Shown here piece after piece: positions 1 through 11,042 of a DNA stretch of 64,000 nt. The position numbers and the translations under genes were made by a program. The DNA comes from TPA_inf: Saccharomyces (Eukaryota). The notes beneath the pieces are model-generated. The model made no database searches. It was not told where the DNA came from and saw nothing but the letters and a program-made list of their open reading frames with translations. Where the stretch lies: assembly GCA_000146045.2 (NCBI GenBank), contig BK006938.2, forward strand, positions 768,001-832,000, read 5' to 3'. Numbering within the stretch: position 1 is the stretch's first letter; each line of letters opens with the position of its first letter.

Positions 1-511
1 GAACGTTTAATTTGTGTATATGAATTTCCCTTCCGATTTGTATATTGGATAGAAATATAATTTTTTAAAAAAAGTAAACTATAAGCAGCCTGGAAAGATA
101 AGCTAGACCAATTCTTATTGATAAAAAACTAAAGATAAATTCAACCGAAAACTAAAATCTAGATTGAAATTAAAACAAGAATGAATGAATGGATCAAAGG
201 ACCTGAATATGAAAAAAAGTGCAGGAGAAAGAAAATTTTCTCGCTGTGGAAAATAAGCCGAAAATCCGTTACCTAGAGGAAAGAAAGAAACGTGGGAAAA
301 ACAGGGGGCGGTACCCGGCGGCGTCAACTTAACAGGCATAACCTAGGCGGTAGTTGGCTAGTTGGCAAGCCTGGCAACATACTCCGATATAGGTAGGAAG
401 AGTTAGTTATAAGAATTGATTGTCATACATACACATACCTTATACATATACATATAATTTAAGAGAGAATAGTTCGTTTCAATTTTTGCTGTATTGTTCC
501 AGGCAGAGCGG

Positions 512-1000
512 TTATAATTCACCGGACTTGGCAACAACAATTCTAGCCTTGGTGGCACCGGAAGGAGAACCCAAGGACTCAACCTTCTTAACGATGTCGT
601 AACCGTCAACAACTTCACCAAAGACAACATGCTTACCGTCCAACCATGGGCATGGAACGGTGGTGATGAAGAATTGAGAACCGTTGGTGTTTGGACCGGC
701 GTTGGCCATGGACAACAAACCTGGTCTGTCGTGGTGCTTCTTGAAGTTTTCATCTGGGAATTTGCCACCGTAGATAGACTTACCGCCGGTACCGTTACCA
801 GCAGTGAAGTCACCACCTTGCAACATGAAGTCTGGAATAACTCTGTGGAATGGAGAGCCAGCGTAGCCGAATCCCTTTTCACCGGTACATAGAGCTCTGA
901 AGTTTTCTGCAGTCTTTGGGACTATGTCGTTGTACAACTTGAAAACGACACGGCCAATTGGTTGGCCATCAGCTTCGACATCAAAATAGACTTGGGACAT
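512..1000 (-). CDS. CPR1: Cyclophilin A-type peptidyl-prolyl cis-trans isomerase, 162 aa
   Basis: The ORF track entry 512..1048 starts at a non-ATG codon; the first ATG on the minus strand is at 998-1000 and gives [46 protein letters not shown]. Cyclophilin signatures [15 protein letters not shown] and GKHVVFGEV are present. The length matches yeast Cpr1. Confidence 0.93.
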
Positions 1001-1399
1001 GGTAGTATTAGCGGTTGAGTTTGGATTGAGTTGAGATATTAAATTCAAGACAAATCTTAATATAACCTATCTAGCGAAAAAGGAGGAACAAATGATGACG
1101 ACAGTGGCAAAAGGATAGAAGGCTCAAGAGAATACGTTTATATTTATACAGGGAATCGAACAGACACTTGTCAGCGTAAGCCCAACCAAAGTGAGAAGGG
1201 CCACGGCCATTACCAGAGACAGAAATGAGTGGAAGCGCGTGGAAGCCCGTCTAGCAGAGGAAGAAATTCGAGACGAGGCGGGACGTGGCGGGCTGGGCGC
1301 CCCAGAAAATACCGTAGAGGACGAGGGGGGCGGTGGAAACCCCTAAGGGGCGAAAGGCGGGTAACATCTAACAGCGACGGGTAAGCATATTGCGGGTGT

Positions 1400-1408
1400 A
1401 AAATTTTT
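1400..1408 (-). promoter_or_regulatory. RRPE-like element (AAAAATTTT on the minus strand) about 120 bp upstream of RPA14
   Basis: The plus strand reads aaaattttt, whose reverse complement is AAAAATTTT, the rRNA-processing-element consensus. Its position upstream of a Pol I subunit gene is typical of the ribosome-biogenesis regulon. This is a motif match only. Confidence 0.35.
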
Positions 1409-1465
1409 CATTTCGAGCTTACTTCAAGATGATGCATATGTTTAAATCACATTGATTATAGAGGT

Positions 1466-1473
1466 CTCATCGG
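1466..1473 (-). promoter_or_regulatory. PAC-like element (CCGATGAG, 7 of 8 matches to GCGATGAG) upstream of RPA14
   Basis: The plus strand reads ctcatcgg, reverse complement ccgatgag. It lies about 55 bp upstream of the RPA14 ATG and pairs with the RRPE-like site. This is a motif match only. Confidence 0.3.
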
Positions 1474-1524
1474 TAAGGCAGAGCAGAACTGGAGACGTCT
1501 GAGGTAAGATTTCGATAATACAAG

Positions 1525-1938
1525 ATGATGAAAGGTTCTAGAAGAACAGGTAATAACACTGCTACCACGCTAAACACGCCTGTGGTCATTCATGCCACGC
1601 AGCTGCCCCAACATGTCTCTACTGACGAGGTTCTTCAATTTCTGGAGAGCTTTATCGATGAGAAGGAGAACATTATTGATAGTACTACCATGAATACCAT
1701 CAGCGGCAACGCCGCTGACGCGGACGCTGCCGCTGTGGCTAACACCAGCCTCAACATCGACACCAACCTTTCCAGCTCCATATCGCAATTAAAGAGGATT
1801 CAGAGAGACTTCAAGGGTCTGCCACCCGCCCAAGACTTTTCCGCCGCGCCCATTCAGGTCTCCACGACGGAGAAGAAGGAGACAAGCATAGGTGTTAGTG
1901 CCACCGGCGGCAAGAAAACTACATTCGCCGATGAGTGA
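1525..1938 (+). CDS. RPA14: RNA polymerase I subunit A14, 137 aa
   Basis: A 137-aa ORF beginning MMKGSRRTGNNTATTLNTPVVIHATQLPQHVSTDEVLQFLESFIDEKEN. I recognise it from memory as yeast Rpa14 (YDR156W). There is no strong domain motif, so the identification rests on length, sequence recall and synteny between CPR1 and HOM2. Confidence 0.8.
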   Translation: MMKGSRRTGNNTATTLNTPVVIHATQLPQHVSTDEVLQFLESFIDEKENIIDSTTMNTISGNAADADAAAVANTSLNIDTNLSSSISQLKRIQRDFKGLPPAQDFSAAPIQVSTTEKKETSIGVSATGGKKTTFADE

Positions 1939-2172
1939 GACCTGTAGCAGCAGCCTTGCCCTTTTACACAAAATCCTACATATCCATTCACATACGCCTT
2001 CTGTATACTACAATATATGCATATCAGTTAGAATTCTGACATCTGAACGTCTTCAGTGCTTTTTTTTCTCTTTCTTTCCAGATCCAAATATCACCGGCAG
2101 CGGCCTCAAAGTACCCGGTTTTCTTTTTTTTCACACTTTTTTTTTTTCCAAATCATGTTGTCAAGCATTGAT

Positions 2173-2179
2173 TGACTCA
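2173..2179 (+). promoter_or_regulatory. Gcn4 response element TGACTCA about 180 bp upstream of HOM2
   Basis: An exact TGACTCA at 2173-2179 in the HOM2 promoter. HOM2 is an amino-acid biosynthesis gene of the general-control regulon. Confidence 0.5.
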
Positions 2180-2356
2180 TTTTCCTCTGACTACTACCAG
2201 TTCAAAATGTTAGAGAAAAATAGAAAAGCAGAAAAAATAAATAAAAGAACCATATTTATTTGTTCATTCACTTTCGAGTATAAAATTAAATCTTGTTTTT
2301 CTTGTTTTCACTTAAGTACACATACAAATTAAATTGTAGAAATAAAGCGTTCTAAA

Positions 2357-3454
2357 ATGGCTGGAAAGAAAATTGCTGGTGTTTTGGGTGCTACTGGTTC
2401 CGTTGGTCAACGTTTCATTCTGTTGTTGGCAAATCACCCTCATTTCGAACTGAAAGTTCTTGGTGCCTCTTCTAGATCAGCTGGCAAGAAATACGTTGAC
2501 GCTGTGAACTGGAAGCAAACCGATTTGCTACCGGAATCTGCTACCGATATTATTGTTTCCGAATGTAAATCTGAATTCTTTAAAGAGTGTGACATCGTCT
2601 TTTCCGGATTGGATGCTGACTATGCTGGCGCTATCGAAAAGGAATTCATGGAAGCTGGTATCGCCATTGTTTCCAATGCCAAGAATTATAGAAGAGAACA
2701 AGATGTGCCATTGATTGTTCCTGTTGTCAATCCTGAGCATTTGGATATTGTAGCTCAAAAGCTTGACACCGCCAAGGCTCAAGGTAAGCCAAGACCAGGG
2801 TTCATTATCTGTATTTCCAATTGTTCCACTGCAGGTTTGGTTGCACCATTGAAGCCTTTGATTGAAAAATTCGGTCCTATTGATGCTTTGACCACTACTA
2901 CTTTGCAAGCAATCTCAGGTGCTGGTTTCTCCCCAGGTGTACCAGGTATTGATATTCTAGACAATATTATTCCATACATTGGTGGTGAAGAAGACAAGAT
3001 GGAATGGGAGACCAAGAAAATCTTGGCTCCATTAGCAGAAGACAAGACACACGTCAAACTATTGACTCCAGAAGAAATCAAAGTCTCTGCTCAATGTAAC
3101 AGAGTCGCTGTTTCCGATGGGCACACCGAATGTATCTCTTTGAGGTTCAAGAACAGACCTGCTCCATCCGTCGAGCAAGTCAAGACATGCCTAAAAGAAT
3201 ACGTCTGCGATGCCTACAAATTAGGCTGTCATTCTGCTCCAAAGCAAACTATTCATGTTTTGGAACAACCAGACAGACCTCAACCAAGGTTGGACAGGAA
3301 CAGAGACAGCGGTTACGGTGTTTCCGTTGGTAGAATCAGAGAAGACCCATTGTTAGATTTCAAAATGGTTGTCCTTTCCCACAACACCATTATTGGTGCC
3401 GCTGGTTCTGGTGTCTTGATTGCCGAAATCTTACTAGCAAGAAACTTGATTTAA
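2357..3454 (+). CDS. HOM2: Aspartate-semialdehyde dehydrogenase, 365 aa
   Basis: An N-terminal Rossmann motif GVLGATGSVGQRF and the active-site cysteine context ICISNCSTAGL are present. The protein is full length and begins MAGKKIAGVLGATGSVGQ. Confidence 0.95.
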   Translation: MAGKKIAGVLGATGSVGQRFILLLANHPHFELKVLGASSRSAGKKYVDAVNWKQTDLLPESATDIIVSECKSEFFKECDIVFSGLDADYAGAIEKEFMEAGIAIVSNAKNYRREQDVPLIVPVVNPEHLDIVAQKLDTAKAQGKPRPGFIICISNCSTAGLVAPLKPLIEKFGPIDALTTTTLQAISGAGFSPGVPGIDILDNIIPYIGGEEDKMEWETKKILAPLAEDKTHVKLLTPEEIKVSAQCNRVAVSDGHTECISLRFKNRPAPSVEQVKTCLKEYVCDAYKLGCHSAPKQTIHVLEQPDRPQPRLDRNRDSGYGVSVGRIREDPLLDFKMVVLSHNTIIGAAGSGVLIAEILLARNLI

Positions 3455-3876
3455 GGAAAAATTGCAAAGTTATGTCTTCATCTTACTTTTTTTTCGAACG
3501 AACAAAAAATACAAAACAAGTAAATAAGTATATGTGTATGAATATACGTATAATAATTTGAAACGTAGATCTTTATTATTAGTTTCTTGAGTTTCGAGAA
3601 TTCGTGATTCAATGTTCATTATTTTTTCTTTTCTTTTCTTTTCAATAGTATAATACCAAGCCTTTATTATTTTTCTTCCACTTCAAGAAAAGGTAATTCT
3701 CTCGCTGACCCAAGAAAAAAGCTAAACAGAGAGCGTAGTGATGCATACAAACAACTCATTTACATGGGAAAAAAAAGGAGAGAGGAAAGCAGCAGACATA
3801 TCTCAAAGCTGGGATACACTCACAATAGCACTGTTGGTACTCATTTCAGGTAATACTCTTGGAAGGTATCCCTTAA

Positions 3877-6800
3877 ATGAACACATCATTTGGCTCAGTA
3901 GTGCCTTCCACTAATTTCAATTTTTTCAAAGGGCATGGAAATAATGATAACACTAGTGCCAATAGTACTGTTAACAACAGCAATTTCTTTTTAAATAGCA
4001 ATGAAACGAAACCTTCGAAAAATGTCTTCATGGTGCACTCTACCTCTCAAAAGAAGTCGCAGCAACCGTTACAAAATCTCTCACACTCACCTTCCTACAC
4101 GGAAAATAAACCAGATAAAAAGAAAAAATATATGATAAACGATGCCAAGACCATTCAACTTGTAGGTCCACTGATTTCCTCTCCTGATAATTTGGGATTT
4201 CAGAAGAGATCGCACAAAGCAAGAGAATTACCAAGGTTTTTGATTAATCAAGAACCTCAATTGGAGAAAAGAGCTTTTGTACAAGATCCCTGGGACAAGG
4301 CTAATCAAGAAAAAATGATCTCATTGGAAGAATCCATAGATGATCTCAATGAATTGTATGAAACACTAAAAAAAATGAGAAATACTGAGCGATCGATAAT
4401 GGAAGAAAAAGGGCTAGTGGATAAAGCTGACTCAGCAAAGGATCTTTACGATGCTATAGTATTTCAAGGTACCTGTTTAGATATGTGTCCCACATTCGAG
4501 AGATCAAGAAGAAACGTTGAATATACTGTGTATTCATATGAAAAAAATCAACCAAATGATAAAAAAGCTTCTCGAACTAAAGCATTGAAGGTCTTCGCGA
4601 GGCCAGCAGCAGCAGCAGCTCCTCCTTTACCTTCTGATGTTAGGCCACCCCATATTTTAGTCAAGACATTGGACTATATTGTAGATAACTTATTAACAAC
4701 ATTGCCTGAAAGCGAAGGATTCTTATGGGATAGGATGAGATCCATAAGGCAGGACTTTACATATCAGAACTATTCAGGACCTGAGGCGGTAGATTGTAAT
4801 GAGCGTATTGTTAGGATACATCTTCTGATCTTGCATATCATGGTGAAATCAAATGTGGAATTTTCGCTTCAACAAGAACTAGAACAATTGCATAAATCCC
4901 TTATCACGTTATCAGAAATATACGATGACGTTCGTTCCAGCGGCGGAACATGCCCAAATGAGGCTGAATTTCGAGCTTATGCTCTCCTGAGTAAAATAAG
5001 AGACCCTCAATACGATGAGAATATCCAAAGATTACCAAAACATATTTTCCAAGATAAATTAGTTCAAATGGCTTTATGTTTCAGAAGGGTTATATCTAAC
5101 TCAGCTTATACTGAACGCGGGTTTGTTAAAACTGAGAATTGTTTAAACTTCTACGCAAGGTTTTTCCAGTTAATGCAATCACCCAGCTTGCCATTATTAA
5201 TGGGATTTTTTTTGCAAATGCATCTGACGGATATTAGATTTTATGCGCTAAGAGCTTTATCACATACTTTAAACAAAAAGCATAAACCAATACCATTTAT
5301 TTATTTGGAAAATATGTTACTCTTTAATAATCGGCAAGAAATAATTGAATTTTGTAATTATTACTCAATTGAAATCATAAATGGGGATGCAGCCGATTTG
5401 AAAACATTGCAACATTATTCTCACAAATTGTCAGAAACACAACCTTTAAAAAAAACATACCTTACCTGCTTAGAAAGGAGATTACAGAAAACTACTTACA
5501 AGGGTTTAATTAATGGCGGTGAAGATAATTTGGCTTCTTCGGTTTATGTGAAGGACCCAAAAAAGGATAGAATACCTTCTATCGCAGACCAATCTTTTTT
5601 AATGGAAAATTTTCAAAACAACTATAACGAAAAGTTGAACCAAAACTCATCCGTTAAACCACAGATCAATACCTCTCCAAAAAGAGTTGCAACGCGGCCC
5701 AACCACTTTCCTTTTTCACAGGAATCTAAGCAATTACCTCAAATATCTCAATCTCATACTTTATCAACAAATCCTTTATTAACGCCACAGGTTCATGGAG
5801 ACCTATCGGAACAGAAACAACAACAAATTAAAACCGTCACAGACGGAGGCTCCCCATTTGTTTTTGATCAATCAGCACAGAATTCTACGGTGGAAGCTTC
5901 CAAGGCTCATATGATATCCACGACCAGCAATGGTGCATATGATGAGAAGTTGAGTTCAGAGCAAGAAGAAATGAGGAAAAAAGAAGAACAACGAATAGAA
6001 GAAGAGAAAACTCAATTGAAAAAGAAGCAAGAAAATGCGGACAAACAAGTAATCACTGAACAAATTGCAAATGACTTAGTAAAAGAAGTGGTAAACAGTA
6101 GCGTGATTAGTATTGTTAAGCGTGAATTTTCAGAGGCTAATTATAGGAAGGACTTCATTGACACAATGACCCGTGAACTTTATGACGCATTTCTTCATGA
6201 AAGGTTGTATCTGATATATATGGATTCTCGTGCTGAATTGAAAAGGAATTCCACTCTAAAAAAAAAGTTCTTTGAGAAATGGCAAGCATCTTATTCTCAA
6301 GCAAAGAAGAACCGTATATTAGAAGAAAAAAAAAGGGAAGAAATTAAACTCGTAAGCCACCAATTAGGAGTACCAGGTTTTAAAAAATCTACATGTTTGT
6401 TTAGAACCCCGTATAAGGGTAACGTAAATTCATCATTTATGCTATCATCTTCAGATAAGAATCTAATATTTTCACCTGTAAATGACGAGTTTAATAAGTT
6501 TGCGACTCATTTAACCAAGATTTCAAAACTTTGGCGGCCGTTAGAGATGCAATCAATCTATTATGATAACCTTACGAAAAAGTTCCCCTCCAATTCTCTT
6601 ACTCCGGCAAATTTATTCATTTATGCGAAAGATTGGACATCACTCTCAAACCGTTGGATCTTAAGTAAGTTCAATCTGCAAACAGCACAGGATTCAAAAA
6701 AGTTCAGCAATAATATTATCTCTAGCAGAATAATTTGTATTGATGATGAATATGAACCATCTGATTTTAGTGATTTGCAATTATTGATATTTAATACAGG

Positions 6801-7782
6801 TGTTACGAATCCAGATATATTCGATTTGGAGATGAAACTGAAAGATGATGGTGAAGAACTGATAAAGCTAATCACTGGTATTTCTCTAAATACAAATATA
6901 TGCTTTTCCCTTTTGATTATTTATTGGGAATCCGCAGAAAATACTTTATCGGAAAGTACCATTAAACACTTACTAAAATTAAACCGAATATCTAAAAACT
7001 ATAGTAGTGTTATTGAACGCATTGACTTAATGAATCTCACCGAAGAATCCCCTCATAAGTGTTTAGAGGACAAATTATCTGAAATATCACATTCTTATGT
7101 GTACAAGTTGACAGAAAGGGGAAAATATGATAAAACACTTCGTCAGAAAAGGTCATTGGCCGGCATTCACTCACGTAGCACTCAACTACAAACTACAAAG
7201 GACATTGATCAAAAGATGAAGAAAATGCTGGAAAAAGAGAAAAACAAGTACCAACAACAAATAGGCGAAAGGAACACCTATGCGCATCTAGAATCGCATA
7301 TAGATGCATCACCAAGAAGCAAGAAAAGGAAATTGCCAATACTCCTGTCAACTTCTCATTCGAGCCAATTTAAAACTCCTCTAGCTTCTAGATTAAACAC
7401 CTCTGGTTCGTCTACTTCACCACCTTTACCATCTCATTTGGCGATGAAATTCAGGAAAAACTCGAGAGTTACTAGTTTACATACCGTATTACCCGTTAGC
7501 ACACCAAGCCATAGTAATAACATACCAGCTGCAAGTTTTAGCGGGAATAACACCACCGATATACAGTCCCAACAATTAATCGAAAACCAGAAGAGTACAT
7601 CTGTATATTTGAATAACGTTTCTGAAAGGATTCTGGGAAATCAAGAAATATGTCAAACACCAATTAATCCTGTTACTCCTGTGCTAGATGGGGCCGATCA
7701 AGGTAAGGAGGACATTCCTGATAGTATATTAGAGCTGAAGATCTTGATCGATTCTGTCAAGAAGAAAGTAAATAATGATTAA
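3877..7782 (+). CDS. SAC3: Sac3/GANP-family nuclear mRNA export factor (TREX-2 scaffold), 1301 aa
   Basis: A 1301-aa ORF with a central Sac3/GANP-like region ([14 protein letters not shown]...[10 protein letters not shown]) and a low-complexity Ser/Asn-rich N-terminus. The length and sequence match yeast Sac3 (YDR159W). Confidence 0.88.
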
Positions 7783-8162
7783 AGCATTTGTAATATATAA
7801 ACAAAAGAAATGTGCATTTTTTCTATAGCTTTAGGAAAAGTATTTGATAATCACCCATTTCTTATTACTGTCGGCGTGCCATCCTTTTCTCTAAAGCTCG
7901 GCGGAAGAAAAATTCAATAATTGTGCAAAAAGTGAAGCCAGGGTTGCAAATACAGAGTTATATCAAAAGACCTACAGAGTATACATACACGTTCTCAGGG
8001 AAAAGTCTTCTGATATATTAACTTTACACATGCATTGCCTATCATAATCATATACTGTTGAAGACTAATAGAAGCATCTCTAGGGGAAAAAAGGAAACAG
8101 GCGTGTGATAAGAGGCCAAAAAGTTATAAACTGCTTAAAAATAGGGAAGTTCCTTGAGGAAT

Positions 8163-10721
8163 ATGAGTTCTGTCAACCAAATATATGACCTATTTCCCAA
8201 TAAGCATAATATCCAATTTACAGATTCTCATTCACAGGAGCATGATACTTCGTCCAGCCTTGCTAAGAATGATACAGACGGAACTATAAGTATACCAGGT
8301 AGTATAGACACTGGCATTTTAAAGAGCATTATTGAGGAGCAAGGTTGGAATGACGCTGAGTTATATAGAAGTTCAATACAAAATCAAAGATTTTTTTTAA
8401 CGGATAAATACACTAAAAAGAAGCATTTGACTATGGAGGACATGCTTAGCCCAGAAGAAGAACAAATATATCAGGAACCTATTCAAGATTTCCAAACATA
8501 TAACAAACGTGTTCAAAGGGAATATGAGCTCAGGGAAAGGATGGAAGAATTCTTCCGTCAAAACACCAAAAATGATTTACATATTTTAAACGAGGATTCA
8601 TTAAATCAGCAATATTCCCCGTTAGGACCTGCAGATTATGTTCTGCCCCTCGATAGATACTCCAGAATGAAACACATTGCCTCAAACTTTTTCAGAAAAA
8701 AACTTGGTATTCCTAGAAAACTGAAAAGAAGAAGCCATTATAATCCCAACGCAGAGGGCCACACCAAAGGGAATTCTTCTATATTGAGTTCCACTACTGA
8801 TGTAATTGATAACGCCAGCTACAGGAATATTGCAATAGATGAAAATGTTGACATAACACATAAAGAACACGCCATTGACGAAATAAACGAGCAGGGTGCA
8901 TCAGGTAGTGAATCTGTTGTGGAAGGTGGATCGTTATTGCATGACATTGAAAAGGTTTTCAATAGGTCCAGGGCAACTAGGAAATACCATATCCAACGGA
9001 AATTAAAAGTGCGCCATATTCAAATGCTTTCTATCGGGGCTTGCTTTAGTGTCGGATTATTTTTAACCTCAGGGAAAGCCTTTTCTATTGCCGGGCCATT
9101 TGGTACACTACTTGGGTTTGGACTCACAGGTAGCATCATTTTAGCCACAATGCTGTCATTTACAGAGTTATCCACCCTTATTCCTGTGTCTTCTGGGTTC
9201 TCAGGACTGGCTTCTAGATTTGTAGAGGATGCTTTCGGATTTGCATTGGGCTGGACGTATTGGATTTCCTGTATGCTTGCTCTTCCTGCCCAAGTTTCCT
9301 CAAGTACATTCTATCTCAGCTATTATAATAATGTCAATATATCAAAGGGAGTAACAGCAGGGTTTATCACGCTGTTTTCTGCATTTAGCATTGTAGTAAA
9401 TTTACTGGATGTCAGCATAATGGGTGAAATTGTATATGTTGCTGGAATAAGCAAAGTGATAATTGCAATTTTGATGGTTTTCACGATGATCATCCTAAAT
9501 GCCGGACATGGAAATGACATTCACGAAGGAGTCGGTTTTAGATATTGGGATAGCTCTAAATCTGTCCGAAATTTGACCTACGGGCTATATCGTCCAACAT
9601 TTGACCTGGCTGATGCTGGCGAAGGAAGCAAAAAAGGAATTTCAGGCCCAAAAGGCCGATTTTTAGCTACGGCATCAGTAATGCTAATTTCAACATTTGC
9701 GTTTAGCGGTGTTGAGATGACTTTTTTAGCTAGTGGGGAAGCTATAAATCCAAGGAAAACAATTCCTTCTGCTACAAAAAGGACATTTTCCATTGTACTG
9801 ATATCTTACGTTTTTTTGATTTTTTCGGTAGGCATCAACATATACAGTGGCGATCCAAGACTACTATCATATTTTCCTGGTATTTCCGAAAAGAGGTATG
9901 AAGCCATTATAAAAGGCACAGGAATGGACTGGAGACTTAGGACTAATTGTCGCGGCGGTATTGATTATAGGCAGATTTCAGTAGGAACAGGTTATTCTAG
10001 TCCTTGGGTTGTTGCATTGCAGAACTTTGGGCTATGTACTTTCGCATCTGCTTTTAACGCAATACTGATATTTTTCACTGCTACAGCAGGGATATCCTCG
10101 TTATTTAGTTGTTCAAGAACACTATACGCCATGTCTGTACAACGGAAGGCACCGCCAGTTTTCGAAATTTGCAGCAAGAGAGGTGTTCCTTATGTTTCAG
10201 TGATATTCTCCTCTTTATTTTCAGTCATTGCTTATATTGCAGTTGACCAAACCGCGATTGAAAACTTCGACGTCTTGGCCAATGTTTCTAGTGCTAGTAC
10301 GTCTATTATATGGATGGGATTGAATCTTTCCTTTTTGCGATTCTATTACGCCCTAAAACAAAGGAAGGATATTATATCAAGAAATGATTCATCATACCCA
10401 TATAAATCGCCATTCCAACCATATCTAGCGATTTATGGTCTAGTTGGATGTTCATTATTTGTTATATTTATGGGATATCCTAACTTTATACATCATTTCT
10501 GGAGTACTAAAGCTTTTTTTTCAGCATATGGTGGCCTGATGTTTTTCTTTATCAGTTACACAGCTTATAAGGTTCTCGGAACGTCAAAGATTCAAAGACT
10601 AGATCAGTTAGATATGGACAGTGGGAGGAGGGAAATGGACAGAACTGACTGGACCGAACATAGCCAATATTTGGGAACATATAGGGAAAGAGCGAAGAAG
10701 TTGGTTACCTGGCTGATTTAG
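8163..10721 (+). CDS. SSY1: Amino-acid-permease-like plasma membrane amino-acid sensor (SPS sensor component), 852 aa
   Basis: The ORF track entry starts at TTG at 8154; the first ATG at 8163 gives MSSVNQIYDLFPNKHN. A long hydrophilic N-terminal extension of about 280 aa is followed by a 12-transmembrane APC/AAP permease-like core (FSVGLFLTSGKAF..., many hydrophobic segments). Confidence 0.88.
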   Translation: MSSVNQIYDLFPNKHNIQFTDSHSQEHDTSSSLAKNDTDGTISIPGSIDTGILKSIIEEQGWNDAELYRSSIQNQRFFLTDKYTKKKHLTMEDMLSPEEEQIYQEPIQDFQTYNKRVQREYELRERMEEFFRQNTKNDLHILNEDSLNQQYSPLGPADYVLPLDRYSRMKHIASNFFRKKLGIPRKLKRRSHYNPNAEGHTKGNSSILSSTTDVIDNASYRNIAIDENVDITHKEHAIDEINEQGASGSESVVEGGSLLHDIEKVFNRSRATRKYHIQRKLKVRHIQMLSIGACFSVGLFLTSGKAFSIAGPFGTLLGFGLTGSIILATMLSFTELSTLIPVSSGFSGLASRFVEDAFGFALGWTYWISCMLALPAQVSSSTFYLSYYNNVNISKGVTAGFITLFSAFSIVVNLLDVSIMGEIVYVAGISKVIIAILMVFTMIILNAGHGNDIHEGVGFRYWDSSKSVRNLTYGLYRPTFDLADAGEGSKKGISGPKGRFLATASVMLISTFAFSGVEMTFLASGEAINPRKTIPSATKRTFSIVLISYVFLIFSVGINIYSGDPRLLSYFPGISEKRYEAIIKGTGMDWRLRTNCRGGIDYRQISVGTGYSSPWVVALQNFGLCTFASAFNAILIFFTATAGISSLFSCSRTLYAMSVQRKAPPVFEICSKRGVPYVSVIFSSLFSVIAYIAVDQTAIENFDVLANVSSASTSIIWMGLNLSFLRFYYALKQRKDIISRNDSSYPYKSPFQPYLAIYGLVGCSLFVIFMGYPNFIHHFWSTKAFFSAYGGLMFFFISYTAYKVLGTSKIQRLDQLDMDSGRREMDRTDWTEHSQYLGTYRERAKKLVTWLI

Positions 10722-10732
10722 GGTTATATGTA

Positions 10733-10755
10733 CTATTATTAGTATTATTATTGTT

Positions 10756-10831
<76 letters not shown>

Positions 10832-10840
10832 TATTATTAA
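10733..10840. repeat. (ATT/TTA)n trinucleotide microsatellite, about 36 units; the perfect run of about 24 units is 10758-10829
   Basis: A direct read of tattattatt... immediately 3' of the SSY1 stop. The ORF-track poly-Ile ORF on the minus strand is a translation artefact of this repeat. Confidence 0.95.
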
Positions 10841-11042
10841 TACTAAATATTGACACTGCTTTACGCACTAGATTGTGCGGGTAACTGAATATTTTTTGAA
10901 AATGAAGAAAAAAAAATTTCGATGAGATGACCTTAGTAGGTTAATAGTTATTAGTTGCCTACTTATAGTGAAATTCATAGTTCTAAGAAAATTTAGAACT
11001 TATACCTAAAAGCATCTTCAGGCTGAGGATTAAAAAAGGAAT

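Noticed and set aside
403-882. 159-aa ORF on the minus strand overlapping CPR1 in another frame, and an 87-aa plus-strand ORF at 629-892
   Set aside because: Both lie entirely inside the strongly supported cyclophilin CDS. Neither has a motif, and both are low-complexity Ser/Thr/Val-rich translations. They are shadow ORFs.
512-1048. N-terminal extensions in many ORF-track entries (CPR1, SSY1 8154, TRM82 16847, CDC37 22232, SEC7 to 34237, SUP35 40252, ARG82 to 43659, ATC1 to 63522)
   Set aside because: The track starts ORFs at TTG or GTG codons. For example, 22232 is TTG and 63520-63522 reverse-complements to GTG. In each case the first in-frame ATG reproduces the known protein N-terminus and length, so the extensions are artefacts.
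1892-2332. 146-aa plus-strand ORF between RPA14 and HOM2
   Set aside because: It is a translation of poly(dT) promoter tracts (FFFSFF, FLFFHTFFF) and overlaps the HOM2 promoter and Gcn4 site. It is a dubious ORF, not coding.
10608-10868. 86-aa poly-isoleucine ORF on the minus strand
   Set aside because: It is purely the translation of the (ATT)n microsatellite.
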